From the NCBI GenBank assembly GCA_964036045.1, contig OZ038378.1:37944001-38008000 (forward strand): 64,000 bases of DNA. Direction: 5' to 3'. The position numbers were made by a program, and so were the translations under genes. The DNA comes from Eutreptiella sp. 'Long Island Sound 2002'. Taxonomy: Eukaryota > Protista > Euglenida. The notes below the pieces were generated by a model. It was not told the DNA's origin, ran no database searches, and saw only the letters and a list, made by a program, of their open reading frames with translations. Of the stretch, positions 23,621-35,429 are shown piece by piece (within the stretch, counting starts at the first letter, position 1; each line of letters starts with the position of its first letter).

Positions 23621-24839
23621 GAGGCCAGATGGTTCCTTGGTCGGTTCCTATGACCTGTTGGTTGGGGAGGGAGGGGAGGGGAGGGGAGAGGGAGAGGAGG
23701 GGAGTTGAAATGATTCTCTTGTCAGCTGACTTGGGGCTTAGACGCGTTCCTTATGTGAGAATGTTAGGCTTGCTATGTTCTGAGAGCATGGGATCATGCA
23801 GGTCAATTTCCGAGAGCTTGCACTAATTCCTTTATGGGGTCTAATTTGCAGGGGCCTGATTCCTTCCTCATGTACCTCAATGTGCATCCTTATTCAGCCC
23901 CTTCTAGTGGTGTAGTGGTGCCAATATTGAACCTTGATTTGATTCGGAGCATCCTGTGTGCAAGCGCAAATCAGTTGCATCAGTCTGTGCCCGTTTTTTG
24001 CAGTCCACACAGTTTCTCATTCAGAGACAGCCCCGTTACTGCCACTAATGGACGCGCTCGTGTTTGGGTTATGTCTGATGCAGCCAACATGGCTGCCACA
24101 CAAGATGATGGCGGGTATTAGGCTTACATTTGTGCTCTGTGCTGTCAACAGCACATCACCACACTTTGTGGCAAATTAAATGAAAAACATGGAGCTGAAA
24201 CTATTGACCCACACTCTTGTTGCGCATGAGGCCCAGTAGATGACACATTTTTTGTGCAATTTTGAATGGGGAGATCAGGTATTCTGTTGCTTGATTTCGA
24301 GGGATGGTTTCGGGTTTCATTTGGCGAGTGGCCTGGTTTGGCGCTTCTTTAGTGGGAGGATTAGATCTGGGACTGGAGTCCATGATGCTTACCCAAATGT
24401 AGTGTGCCGGACACATGCCGGGCAAGCGCCAGGTGAATGTTCCCATGATCCGTTTCCTCACAGGTTTCCACGCTGAGCCCTCAATGCCCGATTTGTAAAC
24501 AGGGTATACCCATATACGCACCTCCAAAGTGCCGGTCCCTGGCAAACGCACCGCCCTTTTCTTTCTCGCATGCCTCCGTTTGGCATGTTGCTCTGGCTGT
24601 TGAGCCTCTGCCGCTTCTGTGTCTCTTCTGCTTCTAATGTCTTTCTTTTCTCATCTGCTGAGAAGGAAAGGGAGTATGGTTTGCGCAATGCACAGCGTGA
24701 AATCTTAGTTTTGAACCTTTTTGTGCGGTTGTGTCGTCTACTCTCTTCGTTGTGGCTCATGTCTTCTGTCCATCTTGTCCCTTTGTTTCCCTTCCTCCCT
24801 CTCCTCTCTTCACTGCCTTTCTATCTTTGATGCGCCCAG

Positions 24840-25358
24840 GTCGTGCGGCTCTTCTCAGTCTTGTTGAGCCACAACCCGGGGCACGACGTGTTCGTGCAGC
24901 TACGGGACCTTGTGATGCAAAGAGGCGGCTCGCAGCTCCCATTCCTGAGCCTATGTGCCGTGTGGTCGCAAGCCATTGGATGCCCCCTCAGTGTGCGTGC
25001 GTACCAGAACCTGCTCTATGGTGTCATCCACATGTCCTGGCAGTACGCAGAGTTCACTCAGCCGCTTTTTCTAGAGTGCCAAAGCCCTGAGGGGCTTCAT
25101 GTTGCCGGCCTCCTCGATGCCATTGAGGCGGCCATACCATTGCAGCCACAGTTCAGCCAAAGCCCCTACTCTGTGGGACTTCTGCAGGACATGGTGCATG
25201 TGGTGCGGGCACATATGTGCGCCGTGTACCCAGAGCAATTTGTGGCGCACGTGCCGACCTCCATCGGACATATCCTCGCCACTCCCGAGCCGCTTCAACG
25301 TCACGAGCTGCTGCTGCGGTTTCTGCAGACTGCATTTGTGGAGCTGCAGCATGACGAG
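24840..25358 (+). CDS. Internal exon of a PPR-like alpha-helical repeat protein gene
   Basis: A pyrimidine tract and CAG acceptor at 24838-39 precede 173 clean GC3-rich codons (VVRLFSVLLSHNPG...ELQHDE). AG|GT donor at 25359; phase 0 at both ends, matching the next exon. Confidence 0.65.
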
Positions 25359-26839
25359 GTCCGACACAGGCTGCTCTCCTGAACCCTCTTCTCCTCTGCA
25401 ATGCCAGCCAAGAGCTTGTCACACTGGCACTATCCCAACCACCTGGCGGCATTGGGGGGGGATCCCTTGAACACAGCTCTGTGTGTATGTCCCTGACATT
25501 TCCTACTTTTCTTACTTGCATTTGCCTTGTATTCAAGTGTATGGAGGAGCCACAGTGAATGTCCCATATTTCGAGACCGAAGGAGCCAGGGAGACACTGC
25601 GGTACTGTAGTCCAAACCATTGCGCCTGCCGCCAGCGCCCTAGCCAGCTTAGGGTCGCGGTTGAGGCTGCGTGATGGGCAGGTGAGGGTAAGCGGCGGTA
25701 CAACGGGCAAGTGGCGCATCCTTCTAAACAGATGGGTCCTACCAAAAGTTGCAAAATGTGCAGTATCAGTGGGCCTGGGGCTGGGGGATCTCAGCCTGGG
25801 TGGGTGGATGAAAAATCTGGACCCCCGCTCCTTGGATAATTATGCCTTGGTTGTTCAAGGTGTAGCCTCACCAATGTGGCAGAAATGGGAGAAAACTGAT
25901 TTGCAGCAGGTGGTGCTGGCTGCATGAGGAAGCCTGAGGTACCAGTTGCGTTCAATGTGCGCAAGCTAGATGCTCCCCAGGTGCCCCCTGTTCCACCAGA
26001 TCTGCGGGATGTGCTTCTGTCTTCCCAGTACATGGGCACCCGCAGCCGCAGAAAAGCAGGACGAACAACTGTTCTGATAAGGGAAAGTCCCGCAAGAAGT
26101 ACAAGAAGCATAGCAGCTCCGACGGAAAAAAGCCCAAAGATGAAACAACCCGAAGGATCCAAAGCCAATACAAGAAAAAGAAATTTACAAAAATAACCCG
26201 AAAAAAATGCAGTGGCAGGACAAGGCGGCGGGGCTGTGGTGCCGTTTTTTTTGAACCTCAGGCTCCCCCCGCCCCCCCGGCATACTCTCACAGAATTTAT
26301 GGGGGGACTGGATGGCCAGACTGGATGGGTGCCTCAGTTCTCCCCTTTCTCCCCTTTCTTGTGAACAAAGCCTGATGGGCATGGCCCTCATGGGCTATTG
26401 TCCACTGTGTATCTTTAGGAACAAGGGACGCTCTCTCTACGGGTTACCTAAGTGTGCATGCCAGGGCAAGGCAGTTGGATGGCAACAGGGCATGAAGGAA
26501 TGTGTTCATGGGACATCCTGGAAGGATTGGGCCATGGGATAGCATCACTCCCGTGTATGCCAAGGAATCATGGGGAGCATGGTGGACACAGGTGACGGGG
26601 CTGTATACCCAACAACTTGGGGATAAGTCTGGAGCAGGGGCTGCACAGCAGTCCACGGATAGCTTGCGAACGTGCAGTAGCAGTGTGCCACCTGCGGGTG
26701 CGGATACAGCATGAATGCGAGACACACAGTCACGGTGTTTAGCCCAAAATGTGGCGCTGAAAGCAACGATTGGACAGGAGGTGGAATGACGAACGCAGAG
26801 CCATGGGGATTTTGAGTTGCAGTCTTCTGTAGACGGGTA

Positions 26840-29800
26840 TGTGGGGTGGTAACCAGTGGTAACAAGATGGTAACAAGTGGAAATGGGTTGTTAACTCGTG
26901 GTAACTAGAGGTAACGTGGTGGTAACAAATGGTGACAGGGTGTTAATGAGTGGTACCGGCGTGGTGGTGAGTGGTAAAGGGGTGGTAATTGGGCAGCAAT
27001 AGGGTGGTACCGAGTGGTAACGAATAGTAACGGGGTGGTAAGGAGTGGTACCAACATAGTCACCAGTGGCAGCAGGCTGACAGTGGGTGGTAACGGGCTA
27101 CTTTCTGGTGGTAGCGGGGTAGTAACAAGTGGTAATGGGCTGTCAATGAGTGCCAAACGGGTAGTAACGAGTAGTAATGGGTGAGTGACAAGTAGTAACG
27201 GGGCGGCAGGAAATGGTAAAGGGGTGGCAATTAATATGAACAAAGTGGTGATGAGTTGTAAAGGACTTGTAACAATTCGTAACATGCCAGTAACGGCTGA
27301 CAACTGGATGGTAACGAGTGGTGATGAGGTCGTACCTAGTAGCAACTTGATTGTAAAGAGTGGTACCTAGTGGTGACGGGGTCGTAACGAGTGGCAACGG
27401 GGCGGTGGGCAGCGGGGTCGTAAACTAGTAATAATAGGGGGGTAACAAGTGGTAACGAGTGCTAACGGCGTAGTGACGAGTGGAACGGGATTCCAGCCAG
27501 TGATAACGGGGTGGTAGTGAGTGGTAGTGGAGTACAAACGAGTGGTAATGGTGTAATGATGAATGTTAATGGAGTGGTAACAAGTGTGAACAAGGTAATA
27601 GGGTGGTAAGTGGAAGTATGTTGGTGGAAAGCAGTGGTACGGACTGGTAGCGGGGTGGTGACATTGTGGTGCAGACTAGTAACGGGGTGATCAACAATGG
27701 TAATCGGGAGGTAACGAGTGGTGACGGCGTAGTAACACGTTCTTACAGGTTGGTTACCAGTGGTAACGGGCTGATAGCGAGTGGTATCTGGGTGGCAACA
27801 AATATTAGTGAGTGGTAACGTGGTAGTAAAGGCGTCAACATGTGATAGTTGGGGAGGAACAAGTGGTAACGGGGCGGTAACCAGTGGTAGCGGGGTGATC
27901 AGAGGGTGGTAACGCGTGGTATTAGGGTGGTGAGCAGAATGGATGTGGCGGCATTCACCAACCCCTTGACAAGCGCCGCGTGCAGCCGCATGCTACTAGT
28001 GGTTCACTGGTTTTGTGATGTCGCAAGCCTCCAAGATTAGTGCAGGCTATAGCAGCAATTCCAGCCGCGGTACCATTCCACCAAATGTAGTAGACAGGGA
28101 AGTTGTAGGACAACACCGGGATCCGCATGCGGATGATGGACTGAGTTTTCCGGACGTTGATGCCAAGGTGGATCTGAATATGGTATGTGTGGTGGTGGTA
28201 ACGGGGTGGTAACTACTTGCAATGTGCGAGTGACGAGTGGTCACGGGGTAATAACGAGTGGCAGCTAGGTGGTTGCAATTGGTAATGCGGTCCTAGCAAG
28301 TGGTAGCAGCTTGGTCATGAGTGGTAATATGGTTAACTAACTGGTGGCACTATGATAATGAGGGGTAACAACATAATAACGAGCGCAACGGGGTGTTGAT
28401 GAGGGGTAACGGGGTGGTACCAAGCACGAATGGGGTGATAACAATGACATCGGCCTACTAATGAGCGGTACTAGTGTGGAATTTACTAGTCACAGGGTGG
28501 TAAGGATGGGGTAATATGGTGTGATAAAGGACTGGTACCAAATGGTGACGGGTTATAAACGATTGGTTACGGGCATTATTAATGAGTGGCAACCCATTGT
28601 GGACCAGTCCGATGTAATCGGTTGGTCATCAAGTTTACCAGGGTGGTGACCAATGGTGTCGTGATGGTGAGGAGTGACAGTGGGATGGTAATCAATGGTA
28701 CTGGCGTCCTTACCGGCAGTAACGGTGTGGTGATGAATGATAATGGGCGTCCAAGGCGTGGTAACAGATGGTGCTGAGTGGTAAGGTGTTGGTGCGGAAT
28801 GGTAACAGTATGGCCACGAGTTGGTAGTGGCCTGCTAACGAGTGATATTAGGGTGGTAGTCATAACGGGGTGGCATGCAAACTAGTGGTAACGGTGTAGT
28901 GACGAATGGTAAAGGGGTGGTAAAAAATGTCAACAAGGTGACAAGTGTCAATAGGGTAATAGTGTGGTGACTGTGTTAAGGGGGTGGAAAGGAGTGGTAA
29001 CGGCTAGTAGCGGGGCGATAATGGCGTGGTAAGGAGTTGCAACGGCGCGGTTAAGAGTGGCTTTGCTGTGGTAATCAGTAGGAACTAGCAAACCACTGGT
29101 GAACATGTTGTACCGATTGGTAATAGGGTGGCATGCAATGGTCACGGGGTGTAGGGAGTGGTAATGGATTGGTGAGAAGTGGTAGCGGGTGCCAAAGCAA
29201 TGATCATCGGGTGGTAACAAGCATTAACGCAATTGTCCGAAGTGGTAATTGCATGGTAACAAGTCGTAACGGGCTGATACTTAGTGGTGACGGGGTTGTA
29301 ACAATGAATAACAAGGTGGTAACGAGTGGTAATGGCGTGGTAGCAAGTGTGGTAAGTGGCTAGTAATGGAATGGTGGCAATTGGTAACAAGGTGCTATTG
29401 GCGTGGTGAAGAGTCATAGTCGGGTTGCCAAGTGGTAGCATGGTAGCGACAAGTCCCACGGTGGTGATGATTGGTAAAGGTATAGTAATGAGTGTTAACG
29501 AGTGGTAACGGCATGTCGAATATTGGTAATGAGGTGATAAGACAAGCGGTGCTCGTAACAGAATCACAACAAATGGTTACAATGGTAACTAGTAGAAATG
29601 GGTTGGTAATGAATTGTACAAGGCCCGTAACGAGTGGTAAGCGGGTGGCGGGTGGTGTTAGCAATGTGTATCGGGGTGGCAAGAAGTGATTCTCGGCTGA
29701 TAACAATGTGTTAATGCCATATTAACGAATGGGAACATTACAACCACGAGTGTACAAGCGCATTACTGAGTGTGAAGGTGGTTGTAAGAACTTGTCATGG

Positions 29801-29900
29801 GCTAGTAGGAAGATTTACAGGGTAGGTAACAAGAGTAGCAACAAGCTGTGAACAAGAGCTATAATCTGGCGGAAAAGGTTGTAACGATGTTGTATAGAGT
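26840..29900. repeat. Degenerate GTGGTAAC(GA/GG) minisatellite, ~10-11 bp period, strongly G-skewed
   Basis: Many GTGGTAAC / GGTAACGAGT / GGTAACGGGGT variants across ~3 kb, with a non-repeat island at ~27945-28185. Confidence 0.92.
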
Positions 29901-31304
29901 GGTAACAGGGTGGGGTGGTCACTAAACTTCAACGGCTCTATCTGACCACCCGACCAAAGGCATGTGCGTTATTTTGGTCTAATGTAAAATGTGCTATGCA
30001 ATGGTGGGTTTTAGATGTTTTTATGGCGAACGGCAAAGTGCGGTTTTCCAAAGGTCCATTCTTGGACCACAATGTAAAATGCAATCTGCGGCCCTAGACA
30101 TACGAAATACACCCCTAAAAACGCTATTTTCAAAAAACGTTTTGCAAACCAATATTTTAGCAAAACTTCCACGGCAATTTTTTTTTGGGTTGTACGATGA
30201 ATCATCGCACACACCACGACATATGCCAATCCTCGTTGATAATAGTACACGGCAATGTGCGTACACTGCTGGGCAATGTTGTCTGCCGGAATGGTTGTTT
30301 CGTGTAGTTCATGGTAATACCACTTGTCATTCAATAATTGTATCTACAACCATATTTTGTCCTCTTGTGAATTGTTTGGCTCAGAGTGTTGTTGACGCCA
30401 TGGATGCAAAACCTTTCCGCCAATTCCTCGGCAACACCAAGGAGTTTACCAACGCCATTGAGTTATCTAATGTTGCAGCTTTTTCTCGGCCAACTCAAGA
30501 CTTTAGCTTTTTCTACATGGGCCTATGCCACCACCTTCATTCAAGGTGTACCATTGCCCATTTTCATCCTCAACATGCTAAGCTGCAAGCTTGCACCACC
30601 CCTTGAAAATAAGGCACCGTTTTTTTGACCCAGGCATACAATGTGTATTGGCTCCCCCATAGCAGGTGGTAGGTTTCTTCTTAGAACAATGGCCGGTCCT
30701 AGCCAATGTTCATGCAACGGTCCCAATGTTGCCAACCCTGCTTATGCAATTGCAGCTTCTTGTATGCCGTGGAAATGTATCAATTTCTGTTGTGGCGGGA
30801 CATTTTTTACCACCGCCGTCTTGTACCACATGTCAGAGGCAAAACAAAGTACTCAAGAGTACGGTGTTTGCTGTACATCAATTTCCGGGATTTCCGTGGA
30901 GCTCCGCCGGCACCGTACTCGCCGTGTTTAGCGAGTAGTATAGGGGCCCCTTACGCGGGTGCCCCAGGCATCTGTGCGCCACACACTCCGCAGGGTCTTT
31001 GAATTTCGCCACCGCAGTTTGGGCGATGGCTATACACGGCCACGGCGGCAGCACCGCGGTGACCGTCAGCAGAGGGGCCGGCAATGCCTGGGCCCCTTGC
31101 CAGTACGCGTCCGCCAGTTTTTCGGACAGCCATACAATGGTGGGTGCCCACACCCCCGCGCTCCGCGGCTGGTGCACGGACGCATGTTGGTGGCGGTCCC
31201 ATAGTTGGGTGTGCAGGGGCGTGTTGACCGGTACTTGGACACCCAGAAGCTTGGGGGTACCACCCTGACATCCTAAGGTGTAGGCCTGCACCCGAGATAG
31301 GCAG

Positions 31305-34300
31305 TTTCACTGGTGCAGAAAAATTACCACAAACCCCCAATAGTTCAATAGATTTCCTGGAGACAATAGTTTTTGACCACTACTGATTTTTCAAATCCAT
31401 TTTTCAGGCCCCAACGGGCCAAGGTTTCACTGTAAACACTGAAACTCGAGGTGAAAGGCCATATTATATGACACTTTGGGCCGTCTCCAACCCCACCCAC
31501 CTGTCTACAACCCCCCCCCCCCCCCTCTGGGTGCTTGTGGTGGTTCATTTGGGTGTGGTGTAGTATGCACGGACCCAAGTGAGGTTAACAATGCAAGGTA
31601 GTTTCACTGTGAACAGTGAAACTACGTGTCGTGCAAGGTAGTTTCACTGTCAATAGTGAAACTACTTTGCACTAGAACAATTGTGTTGATACCTCTGGAG
31701 TACTTGGAGTACTTGTCTTACTACCCGGGCTAGGAGTCAGGTGTTTCACCACTTGGTCACCAATATACTACCAAACATGTCTAAAAACTACCAGTTTGGT
31801 AGTGCTAGATGAGTACCCTCTTCTCAACGGGGCTCTTGCCATGCCTATTGGGTGACTAGGTGGTGGTGCGGTATGCCACCTGGTGGCTAGGTGGGGGACG
31901 TAGCGGGATTTGCACCGAGCCCCCACTGCCATGAGACGAGGTGGCTATCTACTTGACGACACGACGCTCCGGGGATATTTCCGGTTCCGTTTTTTACAGC
32001 CTTTTTCAAAAACAATATTTCTTTTTACTCGTTTTTCCTGCTTATCCATTAACACCACAATATGGGAAGCATTTTCACTTTTAACAGTGCAATCGTTTTG
32101 AGGCCTCTTACTCACTTACTTTGTCATCTCATCCACTCAGGCCACATTATCACACGTAGTTTCGCTGTCAACATCGAAACTACTTCTGGTCATCAAGTAC
32201 ATATGGTAAGTTGCTACCGCTATGTGCCCTTGTGCTTCTTTATGGTTGTGCCGTGGTGGGGGGACAACGAGGTGCCACATGAGGATGTTATTGCAGTTGT
32301 GCCCCCCCATTGTGCCAACATTCCATGTGTTGATCTCCTGCCTTTTAGGTTGTTGGCTTGCACAATACCGAAGCACTAAGACTTTTCTAGTCAACAGTGA
32401 AACCAACTGCCACCACTCCCTGTTAGTAGCAGGTGGCATATTGCACCCTGTGCACAAGTTGCCCTATTCTGCCTGCTGACACCTATCCACGCTTGATTTT
32501 CCATGTCAGCAGTGAAACCACGGGTTGCTGTCTGCTTGTCACATGTGAATGTAATCTGCCTGTACTCCCTCAGAGGGCACAATGACTGACAATAGTGCCT
32601 CCCCATTCAGCCTACAAGACATTTGCTCGGGGTTGTATGACGTTGTGGATCCGGGTGAGCTATATCAAGATGGGGACTCAATGGTGGAACGTGTTTGGGA
32701 GGAGGACCAGCTTTGCTTGTGGAGGCGGCTCGGGAGTTGCATTTGAATCCTCGAACAAGACGAAGTATTGCAGATGTGAAGCAGGACTAGCCGAGTCGTG
32801 GGTCCAAGCAATGGCTTTTGCGCTCTCTGCCTGCTGTGTTCAAGCTCTTCCGCTGCATGCTGGTACTTGCAAAGCCGATGATAGTGGCAAAAACGGTCCC
32901 CAATGCAAAGGCTTTGACAACACTAACCAAGGAACAACGGCTTGAGTTGCGGGGAAGTGGTTTTGTACTCTTGCGAGAACCACCATTGGCCAACCGGGTT
33001 GCCTTTGCAAAAGAGAGGATCCGCCAAGAAATGACACAAGGATTATGTGACATGGGCACACCAATTTTGCAAGCGCCTCCATTTTATAGCAGCCTGCGGG
33101 GAGCAAGGAGGTGCCAGAAGTGGGAGAAAAGCAGCCCTAAACAGTACGAAATTGCATGTCCCAGGCACCTCTTCTGATGGGGTTTCACTGTGGACAGTGA
33201 AAGTGTGCTGCAGGCGATTCAATTGGAAGGACCATTTGCCTTTGGTTGTCACTGCAGCATTAAGTTTAGTATTTCACTATCACGCAAGATACCGGCTTTA
33301 CCTTATGTTGGCTGTTTTCAATTTGCTGAATATTTTGTTGAACATAGGACACAAGGCAACTAGCAGTTGTTAAAACTAACATTGTGTACACTGGTGCTGC
33401 ATCATAATGCTTCCTGCTCCTCATCTACTTGTAGTGGTTCCTTCTGCCAAGGGATGCACAATAAAGACGGAAATTGATTCTTTGTGACCCAACCGTACCA
33501 TGAATCATATCATGCTAGCCCTTTTTGAATGTGCGGTACATGGACGGACACCCACACAACGGGCAGGAGGAATCAACGAGAATGGTGTGAAGGCTGATGA
33601 TGAACACAGGCAAGGAAGCCAGCATCAAAAGCTCCTTGACACCATGCTCCTTGGTACCAGCATTCCAAAAAACTACAGTCTCCGAGGAGGTTTCACTGTG
33701 GACGGTGAAACTGTCTGCCCGGAAGCTACCTTATCCCGTGCCGTTGATTCTGTGGTTCATGTGCCCCCAACTGTCCTTCAACTTGCCTTCAATGCCAATA
33801 GTGTTGATCCAAAGCCAGCTCTCGCGAAGCCCACAAGGGAAAAGAAGCGGAAGGCCAAGCCCCTTGCCAAGGGAGGTGCCAAGCGGCCGACCGAGCAAAC
33901 CACCCTCACCCTCACCCAGATGGACCTAGAGAAAACCGTGGATTTGCACAACATTGACAAGGGCCAGTAGCAAGCAGTTGCAGCGCAGATTAAGGACGCG
34001 AACAGCGTGGGATGCGGTGGACGAGGATCCCCCTGGCTGAAGCGGAAACCCAAAGTCCCTGCCGTGGCCATCCCCAGTGTGGCTCAGCTTAAGCAAGCTT
34101 CCCGGAAGACCCGCAGTGCAAAGGAGTAGGCTGAATTGGAGTACCTGTTAGTTGTGCTTTTTTGAGAACTGCTTCTGGTTGTCCTGTTGCGGCCCTAACA
34201 ACGTCTGTTGGTTTGCTGGGTTATCACATTGTACTTTCCCTGTCAACTATGAAACACACTGCCATAATGACACATGTGCCTGAAATGCCTGAAACTGTTG

Positions 34301-34790
34301 TTAGGTTTTTTCCCCTCACTGCACTGCTCTGTGATGACCTAGTGCACAGTTTGGTCCGGAAGTACAACATGTGCTTTTGTTTTTCATTGCACCTCGGAGT
34401 GCAGTATAAAACTCTTTTTCACTGTTAGCAGTGAAAGCACTCTCTCCCTTGCTGATGCCATTTGCTAGTGACAGCCTTTTTCATTGCGGATATGCTTCTA
34501 CACATGCACGTACACTGTGTGCACAAGCGCCCTACCTGTGTTTTGTGTTGCTCCTTTACATACACTCGTTTGTCACAGGGGGAAGTTGTTCGTGGCTGCA
34601 TCTGGTCCACAGCCGCACATGGCATGGAATGGAGAGAGGGGGGGGTTCTGGGGATGCAGTCCATTGCACCTCAATGCTTCTATGTCAGTTGGTGTTTCAC
34701 TGTTGACAGTGAAACATTATGAAATATGGCCCCCACGGTGCAGTTTTGGCAAATTGAATTTTTATGTCAGTTTCACTGTTGGCCACGCAG
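31305..34790. repeat. Dispersed hairpin GTTTCACTGT-NN-ACAGTGAAAC: 7 near-complete copies plus several half or degenerate copies
   Basis: Near-complete at 31424, 31598 (13-bp perfect stem), 31638, 33182, 33690, 34417 and 34693. Degenerate or half copies at ~31304, 32071, 32388, 32497 and 34769. Confidence 0.9.
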
Positions 34791-35429
34791 GCCAACAATG
34801 AAATTTTTTGTCCGTTTTCAGGGTCCCCGTCGGTCCGGGATGTTAGGTTCCTACTACCAAGAGAAGGGCCACTAGGAGGCAATACAGCCGGGTATCGCTG
34901 GGCAGCGCATCCGGGGGCTGATAGCACACCTGGAGCTCCGGTGTGCAGTCTTTGGCCACCATGATGTCTTCATGGCAGTCGTCACCTTCATTGCATATCC
35001 CCCGTGGTACACGGTCTCCACGCGGGTGGTCTGGGCCACCCGGCCTATGATGACCGCTTCCACAGGGTACGCGGGCACTGCGCCGAGAACCTAGCCCTAG
35101 GGTATGTGTATTGGGGGGCCCGTGGTTTTTTCCCCACAATTTCAATGTTTTCACTTGAATTTGGAGTCCAAAAAAGTTTCGTTGTAGCAACGTTCTAGCG
35201 ATGTTCTAGCGAGCGCCGCTACAACGTCGCAACAACCTTTGCTAGAACGTCGCTACAACAATATATATGAATGCTCCGCCACTCCTCAAAGAGAAGCCGC
35301 CCTGGCTACCCTGGCCAGCCGTGGCCCATCACAGGGTCGTGATGGTCCACCGGACTCATGTAGCACCGGGTTCGCCACCACCACCCCCCGGTTACCCCGA
35401 TTAGCCCCCCAACCCACCCCATAGGTCAC

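Noticed and set aside
26905-29706. Thr/Pro/Leu-rich and Val/Gly-rich ORFs
   Set aside because: Artefacts of the stop-poor GGTAAC minisatellite.
30011-30600. Ubiquitin-specific-protease-like 'QWY-LN' and 'AVYYYQR' motifs
   Set aside because: No Cys box or His box (GHY) was found and the region has several stops; too weak to call.
30250-30610. Minus-strand frame with ~8 in-frame TGA codons suggesting stop-codon reassignment
   Set aside because: An adjacent frame is more protein-like, and TGA excess is expected in the off-frame of Asp/Glu-rich coding sequence. Host genes here end in TGA (44648).
32818-33177. PhyH/2OG-Fe(II) oxygenase-like start LTKEQRLELRGSGFVLLRE
   Set aside because: No HxD...H iron-binding motif is visible downstream, and the similarity is only a generic N-terminal helix-strand.
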